From contig JACPGZ010000041.1 in NCBI GenBank assembly GCA_016188895.1, forward strand, positions 1 to 42,400: 42,400 nt of DNA. The letters run 5' to 3'. Below, piece by piece: positions 1 through 8,757 of this stretch (the stretch's first letter is position 1; each line of letters opens with the position of its first letter). The DNA comes from Candidatus Pacearchaeota archaeon (lineage in GTDB: Archaea; Nanobdellota; Nanobdellia; Pacearchaeales; GW2011-AR1). Both the position numbers and the translations under genes were made by a program. The notes beneath the pieces are model-generated. The model was not told the DNA's origin. It did not search any database and saw only the letters and a list, made by a program, of their open reading frames with translations.

Positions 1-249
1 CCTTACCTCCCAGAATCCAAGTATGACAAAGAAAAAGATACAACTGGCGGAAAAAAGGGATGCGAAACAATACTGCGTTTTTTAAAGCAGGCGAAAGCCC
101 ATTTAAACAAAGATGGAAGAATTTTCATTGTTTTCAGCTCACTGACAAATTTAAAAAGCTCAATGATTAAAAACTACAAAATAAAAGAGATAGCAAGGAA
201 GAAGATATTTTTTGAGGAGCTTATTGTGTGGAAGCTTGAAAAAAACTAG
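1..249 (+). CDS. HemK2/MTQ2-family protein methyltransferase, 3' part (runs off the window start)
   Basis: Frame 1 reads PYLPESKYDKEKDTTGGKKGCETILRFLKQAKAHLNKDGRIFIVFSSLT..., i.e. the (NP)PYLP...GG..G pattern of HemK2; stop TAG at 247-249. Confidence 0.8.
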   Translation, partial: PYLPESKYDKEKDTTGGKKGCETILRFLKQAKAHLNKDGRIFIVFSSLTNLKSSMIKNYKIKEIARKKIFFEELIVWKLEKN

Positions 250-854
250 CCCATATATCTTTTCTCCCAGTCTATCACATACTCCTCTGGGATATTAATC
301 TTTTCTTTATTTGTCTTGATTTTCGGCATTTTGGCTCTAAGATAAAACCCAATTAAAATCCCGACAAATAATCCAGATAAATGTCCTAAATTTGCAATGC
401 CTGTTGGAAAAAATACGCCAAATATATCAGCAAGAGCCCATAAAAGAGAGGCTAGGAATAAAGGCATTGGCACTGAATATGCCCACACAGTCATGCTCGG
501 ACGCAAAATAACCAGAGTGCCAATAATTCCAAATATTGCTCCAGACGCCCCCAATACCTTGCTATAAAAAAATACAGAAATAATTGACGAGAAAATTCCT
601 GCTGTTAAAAACACCAACAAGAATTTTTTTGGTTTTATTTCATGCTCAAGTATAAACCCAAAAAATACCAGTCCAAACAAATTCAAAACCAAGTGGAGCA
701 GACCGCCATGAAGGAAAATCGCTGTAAAATATCTCCAGATTTCAAATGGCATGGAATTATCTATGACAAGAAAGTCTGTAAAAGCTGGAATCAACAACTG
801 CAGTAAAAATACAATGATTAAAATTGCAGCAATTTTGAATGAATAATATTTCAT
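246..854 (-). CDS. Rhomboid-family intramembrane serine protease
   Basis: WR motif, FLHGGLLHLVLN, GASG catalytic Ser motif and GHLSG His motif; multiple transmembrane segments. Confidence 0.93.
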   Translation of the reverse strand: MKYYSFKIAAILIIVFLLQLLIPAFTDFLVIDNSMPFEIWRYFTAIFLHGGLLHLVLNLFGLVFFGFILEHEIKPKKFLLVFLTAGIFSSIISVFFYSKVLGASGAIFGIIGTLVILRPSMTVWAYSVPMPLFLASLLWALADIFGVFFPTGIANLGHLSGLFVGILIGFYLRAKMPKIKTNKEKINIPEEYVIDWEKRYMG

Positions 855-964
855 GATTAGAAAGAAATATCATTACTTATATATTTTTCATATGCTTATC
901 AGAAACTGCCATTAAAATCAACTCAATGTTAATAATTTATAAAGTTAGTTATCATAAATTATTT

Positions 965-1351
965 ATGGATAAAAGAGGGATTAATAGAAAGTTAAGAGTT
1001 TTTTTAACCTTAATAGCGTGCATTGTATTTATCTTGTCTGTGTATTCGCTTACATTGGTAATAAGCAATCTTACAGGATATTCTCTTCTTCAGAATTCAA
1101 TTCAGGAATTTGCTGCATGCTTATCTGATAAAGGGGTTGTGTTTTATATTGATGATAACTGCCAGCAATGTGAAGAGCAGAAAAAACTTTTTGATAATTT
1201 TGATATGAACATTAATTACATAAATTGCAATGCAAATAAATATGCGTGTCATGTAGATAGTGTGGATTTTGTGCCAAGCTTCAAATTCAAAGAAAAATTA
1301 TACAAGGGTGTTTTTTCATTAAACCAGATTGCAGAGATAACAGGATGCTAA
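965..1351 (+). CDS. Membrane-anchored thioredoxin/glutaredoxin-like protein
   Basis: N-terminal TM helix, FAACL, CQQC (CxxC) followed by QK..F, VPSF cis-Pro-like motif, terminal TGC; probable start ATG 965 rather than 926. Confidence 0.7.
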   Translation: MDKRGINRKLRVFLTLIACIVFILSVYSLTLVISNLTGYSLLQNSIQEFAACLSDKGVVFYIDDNCQQCEEQKKLFDNFDMNINYINCNANKYACHVDSVDFVPSFKFKEKLYKGVFSLNQIAEITGC

Positions 1352-1381
1352 ACTTTTTATACTAATTATGCAGTATTATAA

Positions 1382-1437
1382 TATTATCTCAATGGCTGAG
1401 ATGATAGTGGTCGATATCTTCGCGGCATATCGACCAC
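1382..1437 (+). other. Two abutting hairpins (candidate small RNA or regulatory structure)
   Basis: TATTATCTCA/TGAGATGATA (10 bp, one G-U) directly followed by the perfect 11-bp stem GTGGTCGATAT/ATATCGACCAC. Confidence 0.55.
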
Positions 1438-1450
1438 GAACACATCACAA

Positions 1451-1492
1451 AAATTTATAAATATGTTTTATCATATAATTATAATGGAGGTG
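1451..1492 (+). promoter_or_regulatory. Archaeal TATA box and Shine-Dalgarno for the 1497 ORF
   Basis: AAATTTATAAAT at 1451-1462; GGAGGTG just before TTG 1497. Confidence 0.6.
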
Positions 1493-1496
1493 GAAA

Positions 1497-1844
1497 TTGG
1501 CAACTGAAAAAAAATTGGATGAGACAGCTTTCGGGGCTATTGTTAAAGAAATAACAGCATTCGGCGAGATGATAAGGACACATCAGGATGAGAAGCAAGC
1601 TGCAATGGATGAATTCGACAAAGAAAGAGAAAGATATCATGTTGGTAAAATATCTAAGAAAGCACTGGTGTCTTCTGTCAGAAAGGTTAATAGGGAACTT
1701 AAGAGATTAGATAATCTAATAAGAAAAGACATATCAAATCTTGTTAAGACTAATAATCAAGCTAAAGGATTTGCTCTTAAACAAGCTCCAAGGTCATTCA
1801 AAGTAGCAATGTCAGGCATAAGTTCATCATCAAGAAAGAAATAA
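1497..1844 (+). CDS. Hypothetical coiled-coil protein
   Basis: 115-aa ORF with a strong SD before a TTG start; helical, charged composition. Confidence 0.7.
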   Translation: MATEKKLDETAFGAIVKEITAFGEMIRTHQDEKQAAMDEFDKERERYHVGKISKKALVSSVRKVNRELKRLDNLIRKDISNLVKTNNQAKGFALKQAPRSFKVAMSGISSSSRKK

Positions 1845-2037
1845 TTTATTTTTATTTTTTATAATTTTTGTATACTTTCGTTTGTGTTGTTGAGATATTT
1901 AGACAAAAGAGATTGGGCATAGAGGTTCTAAGATTCTATTAAGAGCTATAACTAGGCATAAACCAAAGGGAGAAAAGAAAGAAGCAAAGATTGAAGCGTA
2001 GATATTATTTATAAACTAATTATTCCAAATTCATTAG

Positions 2038-2364
2038 ATGTACACAATCCAAAAAATAACCTACATAATTGAAGATTCCTTAAAAGAAATAATGTTTCCT
2101 TTCAAGGAAAAGATTGTTGGCGCAGACGTTGAAGCAGAAAATCCAATTGAATTAACCATAAAACTAATTTCAAGGACAGAAAAAGAAATAATAGCGGAGT
2201 TGACTCCAAACCAGAACATTTTAAGATTCTATCTAATAAGCGATGATAACTCAAAAGTAAAATTATTTATTGAAAGAAGCAAAGACAAAAAAATAAAGCG
2301 CCAGTATTTGCAGTACCTTTCAAATGAAATTTTAATAACTTTAATTCTAACCTTTCATCCCTAA
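2038..2364 (+). CDS. Hypothetical protein
   Basis: 108-aa ORF preceded by TTTATAAA at ~2008-2015. Confidence 0.55.
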   Translation: MYTIQKITYIIEDSLKEIMFPFKEKIVGADVEAENPIELTIKLISRTEKEIIAELTPNQNILRFYLISDDNSKVKLFIERSKDKKIKRQYLQYLSNEILITLILTFHP

Positions 2365-2369
2365 CTTGA

Positions 2370-2455
2370 AAAATCACTTCACAATTATCTGATTTAACAG
2401 ATTCTCTCCAATTTTCCCATCTTTCTTTGTGTTTGTACGGATCTCTTTTTTCCAT
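2370..2455 (-). pseudogene. Probable N-terminal remnant of a second tyrosine integrase
   Basis: MEKRDPYKHKERWENWRESVKS resembles the N-terminus I recall from DPANN integrases (unverified). It starts 79 bp beyond the att repeat, in the same geometry as the intact integrase relative to tRNA-Asp. The 3' limit is approximate. Confidence 0.45.
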
Positions 2456-2533
2456 GAGGCTACAAAACAAGTTATTGTTATAAACAACTTGTATATTTCT
2501 TGTAGTCCCATCAAATTAGACATTAAGTCAATA

Positions 2534-2547
2534 CGCCCGCACCGGGA
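2534..2547. repeat. Attachment-site direct repeat (distal copy of the tRNA-Asp 3' end)
   Basis: CGCCCGCACCGGGA, identical to 18695-18708. Confidence 0.88.
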
Positions 2548-2587
2548 CAAGTCCGGTTTTGTTCGCAACGAGGGGCGCCGGGGAGAG

Positions 2588-3019
2588 CTACAAAGATTTT
2601 CCTCCAATAATAACCGCCTTCGATACTTCAGCTGTCTCTATTATTACATCGCAATGCCTTGGCCTGCATTCCCAATACACACTATCGAGAAAGACAATGA
2701 TCTTGCTTGCCTCAGTATCCCGATAAGTCTCCTCTGGAATCCTATTGATTAATGCCTCTCCAATAACGACGGAGCCACCTTCATTCAATGCATTGCAATC
2801 TACAAGTCTTTCCAGATTTTCAAACAAACTGAAAAAACGAGGAGTTGGATCCCAGTATTCAAGGCATATGAAAGAACTATCCCTCTTGTTCAGAGTATCC
2901 GCCAGTTTCATGCGGTTTGTGATCTGTTGAATCTGGGGCTTGTATAAATTCACAAGAGCATAATCGCAATCTCCATTGTATTCAGAATTGCTTGAGTAGG
3001 TTCTGAGTATAAGATTCAT
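2588..3019 (-). CDS. Hypothetical mobile-element protein
   Basis: ORF with probable start MNLILRTYSSN at 3019, divergent from ardC. Confidence 0.6.
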   Translation of the reverse strand: MNLILRTYSSNSEYNGDCDYALVNLYKPQIQQITNRMKLADTLNKRDSSFICLEYWDPTPRFFSLFENLERLVDCNALNEGGSVVIGEALINRIPEETYRDTEASKIIVFLDSVYWECRPRHCDVIIETAEVSKAVIIGGKSL

Positions 3020-3129
3020 AAATAGGAAAAAACTTACGCAATTTAAATAATTTCTACCGAAATGCACAAGATAATGAATAAATACCAAATCGGTTCAATC
3101 TTTAATAATTCCTCGCCCTTTTTCCATTC

Positions 3130-3689
3130 ATGCGCAATGTTTATCAAATTATCACAGACAGAATTATTTCAAAACTTGAAGAAGGAACAGTTCCATGGCA
3201 TAGACCTTGGGGAGTGCGAGGCATTCCGAGAAGTCTGGTTTCTGGCAAAGAATATCGTGGAATTAACTCTTTTGTTTTGAGTTCAGCAGGATATGAAGCT
3301 CTTTATTGGCTTAGTTACAAGCAAGCAAAAGAAAGAAGAGGCTTTGTTAAGAAAGGCCAGCAAGGATATCCATGCGTTTACTGGAATTGGTTGGAAATGA
3401 AAGATGAAGAGACAAATGAAATTAAAAAAGTACCTTTTCTCAGATACTACACAGTCTTTAATGTTGAGCAGTGTGAAAATATAGAATATCCAAAGGGCGA
3501 TGGACTTGAATTTTTGTTTGATCCAATTGAGCACTGCGAAAGGATAGTTGGGGAAATGCCAAATCCACCATCAATCAGGCAAGGTGGAAGCAGGGCTCGT
3601 TACATTCCGATCAAAGACACAATAGAGATGCCAAGGCCTGAGAGCTTTGAAACCTCAGAGTCTTACTACAGCGTTCTATTTCACGAGCT
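3130..3689 (+). pseudogene. ardC: ArdC-family antirestriction/ssDNA-binding protein, N-terminal part (split by inversion)
   Basis: VYQIITDRII..LEEG..PW.RPW, Y.GIN, W.SYKQA, LRYYTVFNVEQ, YYSVLFHEL; homology stops in the middle of the HExxH motif. Confidence 0.9.
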
Positions 3690-4327
3690 GGCCGGAGATC
3701 TTGTGCGCTCACTGAAACATTGTCCAGGATGAGCCGCGAGCGAGGAGCTGCATCGTAGTAGAATATCAAGTCGGTCTTCCAAATCCCATTAGGACTGACG
3801 TTCGACACAGCAATTCTGTATGGAAGTAGGGGATCTGGGAAGTAAAAGCAGGAGGGAATGTCGCATGCCATTGCAGACCGAACGTAGATTGGGAACTCTC
3901 CTGTTCTCTTCGGTCTTACGCGCAGTTTCAATGTGTTTGTCTTATTGGGCGACCAAGAGCTATCAGCAAGTTCAGATAGTAAGTAAATAGCGCTCATCCT
4001 GACGCATTTGTTATTGTGTATAGTTGAGTATTTTGGATAAATCGTAAGTTTGGCAGATCCCGACGAACTTCCGTTATTAGCAACAAGACCCCCATCACTC
4101 GAATCGGTGAATGAAGGAAATGAAATTGAAATCCCGCCGTCTGGAGACGTGAGGGTGCCACTATTTAGGCAATTTACTTCGACATCTGCCCAATCTCCGA
4201 GCGTGATTTGATTTGGATGAGAAATGCTGAGTAGCTTAGGAAGTGGACACCCCTGGGCATTCAAGCGAGGGGAAAAGAACAGCCCAACAATCGCGGACAG
4301 TAGAACCGATTCTATGATACTCTTCAT
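3690..4327 (-). pseudogene. Secreted beta-rich protein, N-terminal part (its dockerin C-terminus lies at 5161-5440)
   Basis: Signal-peptide-like N-terminus and an Ig-like beta pattern; joins the dockerin domain in frame when the inversion is reversed. Confidence 0.75.
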
Positions 4328-4653
4328 GGGAATACCTCAACCTTGAAAGAAATGTTTCTTTCGCTTTCTCGTTGGCCCCAGCGTAATCTGTCATATCGAA
4401 ATCCTCCAAAGGGATTCTGAAATTCCCCTTTGTCTTCTCGTGCGGCCTTCAAGGCATTGACAACTATCTCAAGGCATTTCTCTGATTCGTTTGTCTGAAG
4501 TCTCTTGGCAGCCAGAATCACTTGGTCCTCGTATTCAGGTGGTAGAACGAATGAAATAATAATTGGGCTTTGCATTATCAACTCCATATCAACATCTTCT
4601 TTCATTTTCGGCCTGTTGAAGCGGAAGCTTGAGGAACCTTTGTCCATTGACAT
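4324..4653 (-). CDS. Hypothetical protein
   Basis: ORF whose stop overlaps the ATG at 4327; true start uncertain. Confidence 0.5.
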   Translation of the reverse strand: MSMDKGSSSFRFNRPKMKEDVDMELIMQSPIIISFVLPPEYEDQVILAAKRLQTNESEKCLEIVVNALKAAREDKGEFQNPFGGFRYDRLRWGQRESERNISFKVEVFP

Positions 4654-4674
4654 TCCGAGAATAAATTGAATTCA

Positions 4675-4869
4675 TCACGGCACCCTCCTCCCAACCTTCC
4701 ACTTGTCATACCCATTTGAAGCTGTGAAATACTCCTTCATGCACTCTTCATTGCAGAAATGCATTGCGCTGTCTAATGGAACAAACCCGCTTGTCCCTAC
4801 AATCCCCTCTTCCACTTCCAAAATATTCAAGCCTTCATCAAGCCTCTTCTGACACATTGAGCATTTCAT
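4675..4869 (-). CDS. Small Cys-rich zinc-binding protein
   Basis: CSMC ... HFCNEEC; ATG overlaps the ardC stop. Confidence 0.65.
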   Translation of the reverse strand: MKCSMCQKRLDEGLNILEVEEGIVGTSGFVPLDSAMHFCNEECMKEYFTASNGYDKWKVGRRVP

Positions 4870-5160
4870 TCTTCCAAAATCTCCTCAAGCTTCTTTCCAA
4901 GAATGTAATCTGATGCTTTTTGAGCCTGGGCCGCAGACTGAATTACAAAGCGATTGTCATTCTTTAATCGAAAAAGCCAGCCCGCAATATAAGAAGCTGA
5001 ATTGTCAATCACCCTGTTCTCTATACCAGTGTGACCACATAGATAAGCAGATCCCATCTCTGCAATCAATTCCTCTTTGCTGTAGGTATTTGATCCAAAG
5101 ACAATTGGCTCTGTAATTCCAGAGCGAGCGAGCCTTTTCTCATGCCCTGTGCTATGGGTT
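4866..5160 (-). pseudogene. ardC: ArdC C-terminal zincin-like part (inverted)
   Basis: THSTGHEKRLAR...FGS..YSKEELIAEMGSAYLC...SASYIAGWL..LKND...SAAQAQKASDYI. Confidence 0.9.
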
Positions 5161-5440
5161 AGTCTTCCGGCGGGCAGATTCTAATGGAGATGGCTCCGTC
5201 GATATCTCTGATGCAGTCAACACTCTGACCTTCCTATTCTCTGGAGAAGGCTCCAATTCCTGCCCCGATGCCTCCGAAACGAACGATGATGGTCAAATTG
5301 ATATTTCAGATCCAATAACAACTTTAGAATTTCTCTTCTTGGGAGGACAAGAACCACCCGCTCCAGGTCCGATGAATTGTGGAGTTGACTTGACGGAGGA
5401 TGGGTTGGGGGAGTGTATATATGATAAGGGGGAGTGTTAA
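5161..5440 (+). pseudogene. Dockerin-like (double EF-hand-type) C-terminal domain without its own start codon
   Basis: Reads FRRADSNGDGSVDISDAVNTLTFLF...CPDASETNDDGQIDISDPITTLEFLFLGGQEPPAPGPMNCGVD...EC*; absent from the ORF track. Confidence 0.85.
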
Positions 5441-5502
5441 CGCACTCTACTGCATTACTCTTCATTTATATTCACAGCTTTACTGTAGCTCCTGAGCTCT
5501 AA

Positions 5503-6135
5503 TTATTTTACAGAAGGCGATATTGCAAGTTGGGAATAGCATAGGCTCCTCTCCTCCTGGTCCCAGGTGATTCTATCGCAAATGGAGATGTTGCTTTGGG
5601 TTTCTGCTATACTTGTATAGCAGTCAGCAGCCTCACCGCCCCAATCTTTAATCGAGATTTCATCGCAGAGGCTCACATTCCCCGTGACTTTAGCATAAAT
5701 TGCTAGGCACCGAACTCGACGCTCTCTGTCTCTAGGGAGGGAATAGCATCCTTGGAAGCCGAGTTGAGTTACGTATTCACAAAAGAATTGCCAGGAGACT
5801 GTCTCGCCAGCCTGCTCATCGCCCTGTTCAGGACCTTTGGATTCTGAGATCGCTGAGCCCGTAATTCGAGTACATATATCGGGGCGTTCCAACAATGCCG
5901 CCATGTACACATAGCAACGAAACTGGACAGGGGTAGTTTGGATCCTTGTGCAAATTGTTACATCTCGCTGATCAATAGCTAGGTTCAAGAGGCACACTTC
6001 TTTAGCTTTGGTATTCTTTTTGTCCAGGCAATGGTCATAGGGTTCTGGCCTGCTCTGGAAAAACAGGTAGAATACCATGCCAACTAGTGCGAAGACTATG
6101 AGCATACTCAAAATTCCTATTATCCTCTTTTTCAT
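5503..6135 (-). CDS. Membrane-anchored Cys-rich repeat protein
   Basis: Probable start MKKRIIG at 6135, N-terminal TM helix, repeated C...A....[DN]...C..I units. Confidence 0.75.
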   Translation of the reverse strand: MKKRIIGILSMLIVFALVGMVFYLFFQSRPEPYDHCLDKKNTKAKEVCLLNLAIDQRDVTICTRIQTTPVQFRCYVYMAALLERPDICTRITGSAISESKGPEQGDEQAGETVSWQFFCEYVTQLGFQGCYSLPRDRERRVRCLAIYAKVTGNVSLCDEISIKDWGGEAADCYTSIAETQSNISICDRITWDQEERSLCYSQLAISPSVK

Positions 6136-6577
6136 TAACCATAGAAAAGCACTTGCGCTATATAAATCTTTTCCAAATTCCCGCCCAGACCAAATCAGTC
6201 CAAAGTATATATACTTGCTCTGCGTATTTTCTTTACCAATTGGTAACAAAACTAAGGGAGGAAAATATCTGGCTATGAATAACGAATGGAGCTTAACCCT
6301 TGAAAAGACTACCAAAAAGATAAGAAAAAGTAAAAAGATGAATTGGAGAACTTGAAAGAGAAGATAGTAAAGTTATAAAGGGTTCCAAAAAAGGCAACAA
6401 AGGAGAAAGGATTTCTGGCAAAAAGGGAAGAAAAGAAGTTGAAGAAGCAAGAAAGAGAGCACAAAAGATAGAAATGGCAATAAAAGGTTGATTTCCTACT
6501 ATATTAACAAATAATACTTATATCAAAAAGCCTTAGAAAACGAAGGATTTAAATACTATTAATAGCTATGAATATAT

Positions 6578-6823
6578 ATGAATACTACAAGTATCACTTT
6601 GGATAGAAATGTAAAGAAAGGTCTAGACAGATTGAAAGCTCATAAGCGAGAGTCATATAACGAGGTCATTGCTCGAATTCTCGCCGGAAAAGTGTCACGA
6701 ATTGATAGCGAGAGCTTGCTGGAGACCATCGAGATACTCTCTGATCCAGAGGCAATGAGAAGTCTTGCTACCAGCATAGAGCAATTGAAAGGCGGGAAGC
6801 TCTATTCTATAGATGAGGTCTGA
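6578..6823 (+). CDS. Type II antitoxin (RHH-like N-terminus, RelB/YefM-like C-terminus)
   Basis: TSITLD....LD.LK...RESYNEVI.R; LETIEILSDPE; coupled to the RelE-like gene. Confidence 0.8.
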   Translation: MNTTSITLDRNVKKGLDRLKAHKRESYNEVIARILAGKVSRIDSESLLETIEILSDPEAMRSLATSIEQLKGGKLYSIDEV

Positions 6824-7080
6824 TGGAGAGGGTAATCATGTTCACAGAGGAAGGGAAGAAGACACTCCAGAGTATGCATATTGATAATAAGCGAAAGATC
6901 AAGAGGGCATTGAAGGAGTTGGCCAAAGACTCGAGAATCGGGAAGGCTTTGACAGGAAGATTGCAGGGCTTCTATAGCTTCCGCGTTGGAAAGTATAGAG
7001 CGATATACTCAACTGAAGGAGAGGCTATTATCGTTCACGTGGTGGGACATCGGCGCGAGGTTTATGGGGTTGCGGCTTGA
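6823..7080 (+). CDS. RelE/ParE-family toxin
   Basis: GKALTGRLQGFYSFRVGKYRAIY...VGHRREVY. Confidence 0.9.
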   Translation: MERVIMFTEEGKKTLQSMHIDNKRKIKRALKELAKDSRIGKALTGRLQGFYSFRVGKYRAIYSTEGEAIIVHVVGHRREVYGVAA

Positions 7081-7192
7081 AGGGGGTTGGGGTGATGCGG
7101 GGCGGCTCGGCAGAGGGATGGATCCCGCCCCGGTTCCCCCTTGACCAGAGTTATGAAAAAGAAGAAAATCTCTGAAGCTGAGAAAAATATCC

Positions 7193-7453
7193 ATGAAGGT
7201 GCGGCTTGAGCAGGGAGACCATGGTACATGGCTCCTCATAGCAGAGGACGGCCGCGATCTCCTGATTCAAACTGACTGGGACTACCCAGGACTCGCTTCC
7301 CATCTCGGCTGGGTTCCTTGCACTCAATGCGATCAAACAGATGGAACGATTGACTGCGCTCACCGCACGGTTTCTGAAATGATCTCAGAGGCGAGACGTT
7401 TCCTGGATGAAAAGGAGGGCGAAAGTTTCGAAGATCCTGGCTACTTTGATTGA
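7193..7453 (+). CDS. Hypothetical protein
   Basis: 86-aa ORF with CTQC and TDGTIDCAH; no family recognised. Confidence 0.55.
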   Translation: MKVRLEQGDHGTWLLIAEDGRDLLIQTDWDYPGLASHLGWVPCTQCDQTDGTIDCAHRTVSEMISEARRFLDEKEGESFEDPGYFD

Positions 7454-7517
7454 GGAAACATTGGATTGGGGTTGAGTGGAGGTTGCGAGGGTGATAGTTG
7501 TGGCGGAAAAACATTAA

Positions 7518-7919
7518 ATGGCCTCAAGTTACCATATCGGTGATACTAAGAGACTCCATTTGTTATTTGACGATAGATATAAAGGGTTTAAAGCGACTTG
7601 GAAAGATTGTAATTCTTTCCTTATCCAGGAAGGGCCAAGCGATGGTGTAGTTCTGTTATACAATGAAGCATCATATTCACCAAAAGCGGTTGTTAAGTTC
7701 CTAAGTTCTCAAGGTCGAACAATTAGTATTGGTTGTGGAAGTGTAGATTGGGATGGGAAATACTGGACATTCGCTGAGCCCTCCGAAAAGGTTCTATGTG
7801 AAAAGCTTATCACTCGGCTTGTAAACGACGACCAGAAAATGCTTCGGTATTATGGGGATTTCACGCTGAGAACAAAGGCGGAAGTTTTCCTACTCATTTC
7901 AAGCTACTTGTTAAGATAA
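7518..7919 (+). CDS. Hypothetical protein, first gene of a four-gene operon
   Basis: 133-aa ORF ending 2 bp before the peptidase gene. Confidence 0.6.
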   Translation: MASSYHIGDTKRLHLLFDDRYKGFKATWKDCNSFLIQEGPSDGVVLLYNEASYSPKAVVKFLSSQGRTISIGCGSVDWDGKYWTFAEPSEKVLCEKLITRLVNDDQKMLRYYGDFTLRTKAEVFLLISSYLLR

Positions 7920-7921
7920 TT

Positions 7922-8734
7922 ATGAGCCGGCGCTGGAAATCTCATATCGTTAGAGCCTTTTGGAAAAATGTCGGCGGGAGGAGCCCAACCCACGCTGTCA
8001 ACATTGTGTGCTGTGCCTTACGACACCGTCTATGTGTCAAAGAACCTCCATTTCAGATTCCACCAAAGTATTCCTATGCTGAGTTGCTAGGAATTCCAGT
8101 TATTGAAAATGATATTCGTTGCGATGGTATATTGACAAGTTTTGGAGATCAATTCATAATTCAAGTAAAAAGGTCTTCGCCTGATAGACAGAACTTTACG
8201 GTGTGTCATGAGCTTGGGCATGCTGAAATCTTCAGAAGGGCACTTGTACTACACAAGGCTTCTCGTGAAGTCAGAGAGGAGGAAGTATTAGCGAACGAGT
8301 TTGCCAAAGAGTTACTAATGCCAAAAGATATTTTCTGTGCAATAGCTCTCTCATGTCAGCCTAGTTTACAATCCCTGTTTTTTCTATCTCATACCTTTGG
8401 CACTTCGTTAGAAGCCTCCGCGAGACGTCTTATTGAACTTAATATTTGGAATTTCGCTTTTGTTTTGTGGAATATTAATACTGCATTTGACGGTGGTATC
8501 CTATTAGAAATTGAGCGGGCAGTAAAGCCTCAAAACTTTAAACCTGCACTAAAGACCAAACAGACTTTGAAGGTGAATAAAGAAGGTGGGTTGGGTAAAC
8601 ACTTGCTGGAAACATTGAATATTCCCAGCATTGTCCGCTATTCAGACGAGAGTCGAGTAAGAGAATCGATAAGGCGTTCTTCTGTCCAGCGCCAGGGTCT
8701 TACTCTTCTTTTTCCTCAGTCAGCAACTTTATAA
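7922..8734 (+). CDS. ImmA/IrrE-family zinc metallopeptidase
   Basis: RQNFTVCHELGH (HExxH), EEVLANEFAKELLMP, FGTSLEASARR. Confidence 0.9.
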   Translation: MSRRWKSHIVRAFWKNVGGRSPTHAVNIVCCALRHRLCVKEPPFQIPPKYSYAELLGIPVIENDIRCDGILTSFGDQFIIQVKRSSPDRQNFTVCHELGHAEIFRRALVLHKASREVREEEVLANEFAKELLMPKDIFCAIALSCQPSLQSLFFLSHTFGTSLEASARRLIELNIWNFAFVLWNINTAFDGGILLEIERAVKPQNFKPALKTKQTLKVNKEGGLGKHLLETLNIPSIVRYSDESRVRESIRRSSVQRQGLTLLFPQSATL

Positions 8735-8757
8735 ATTTGGTTGGTTGTCGTTTGACT

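Larger units (their letters stand above)
3690..5160. other. Inverted segment, 1471 bp, flanked by CT (3688-3689) and AG (5161-5162)
   Basis: Reversing it restores ...FHELTHSTGH... in ArdC and ...AQDLRPVFRRADSNGDG... in the secreted protein, both in frame with no base gained or lost. Confidence 0.9.

Noticed and set aside
5141-5160. CATGCCCTGTGCTATGGGTT resembling the dispersed hairpin repeat
   Set aside because: It is fully explained as the conserved THSTGH codons of ArdC on the minus strand.
6275-6491. Purine-rich stretch resembling a decayed gene
   Set aside because: Interrupted by stops and has no recognisable motif.
7079-7142. G-rich/C-rich stretch after relE (possible hairpin, G-quadruplex or secondary att site)
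   Set aside because: Pairing is imperfect, it is single-copy, and it matches the att core only partially; no specific call can be supported.
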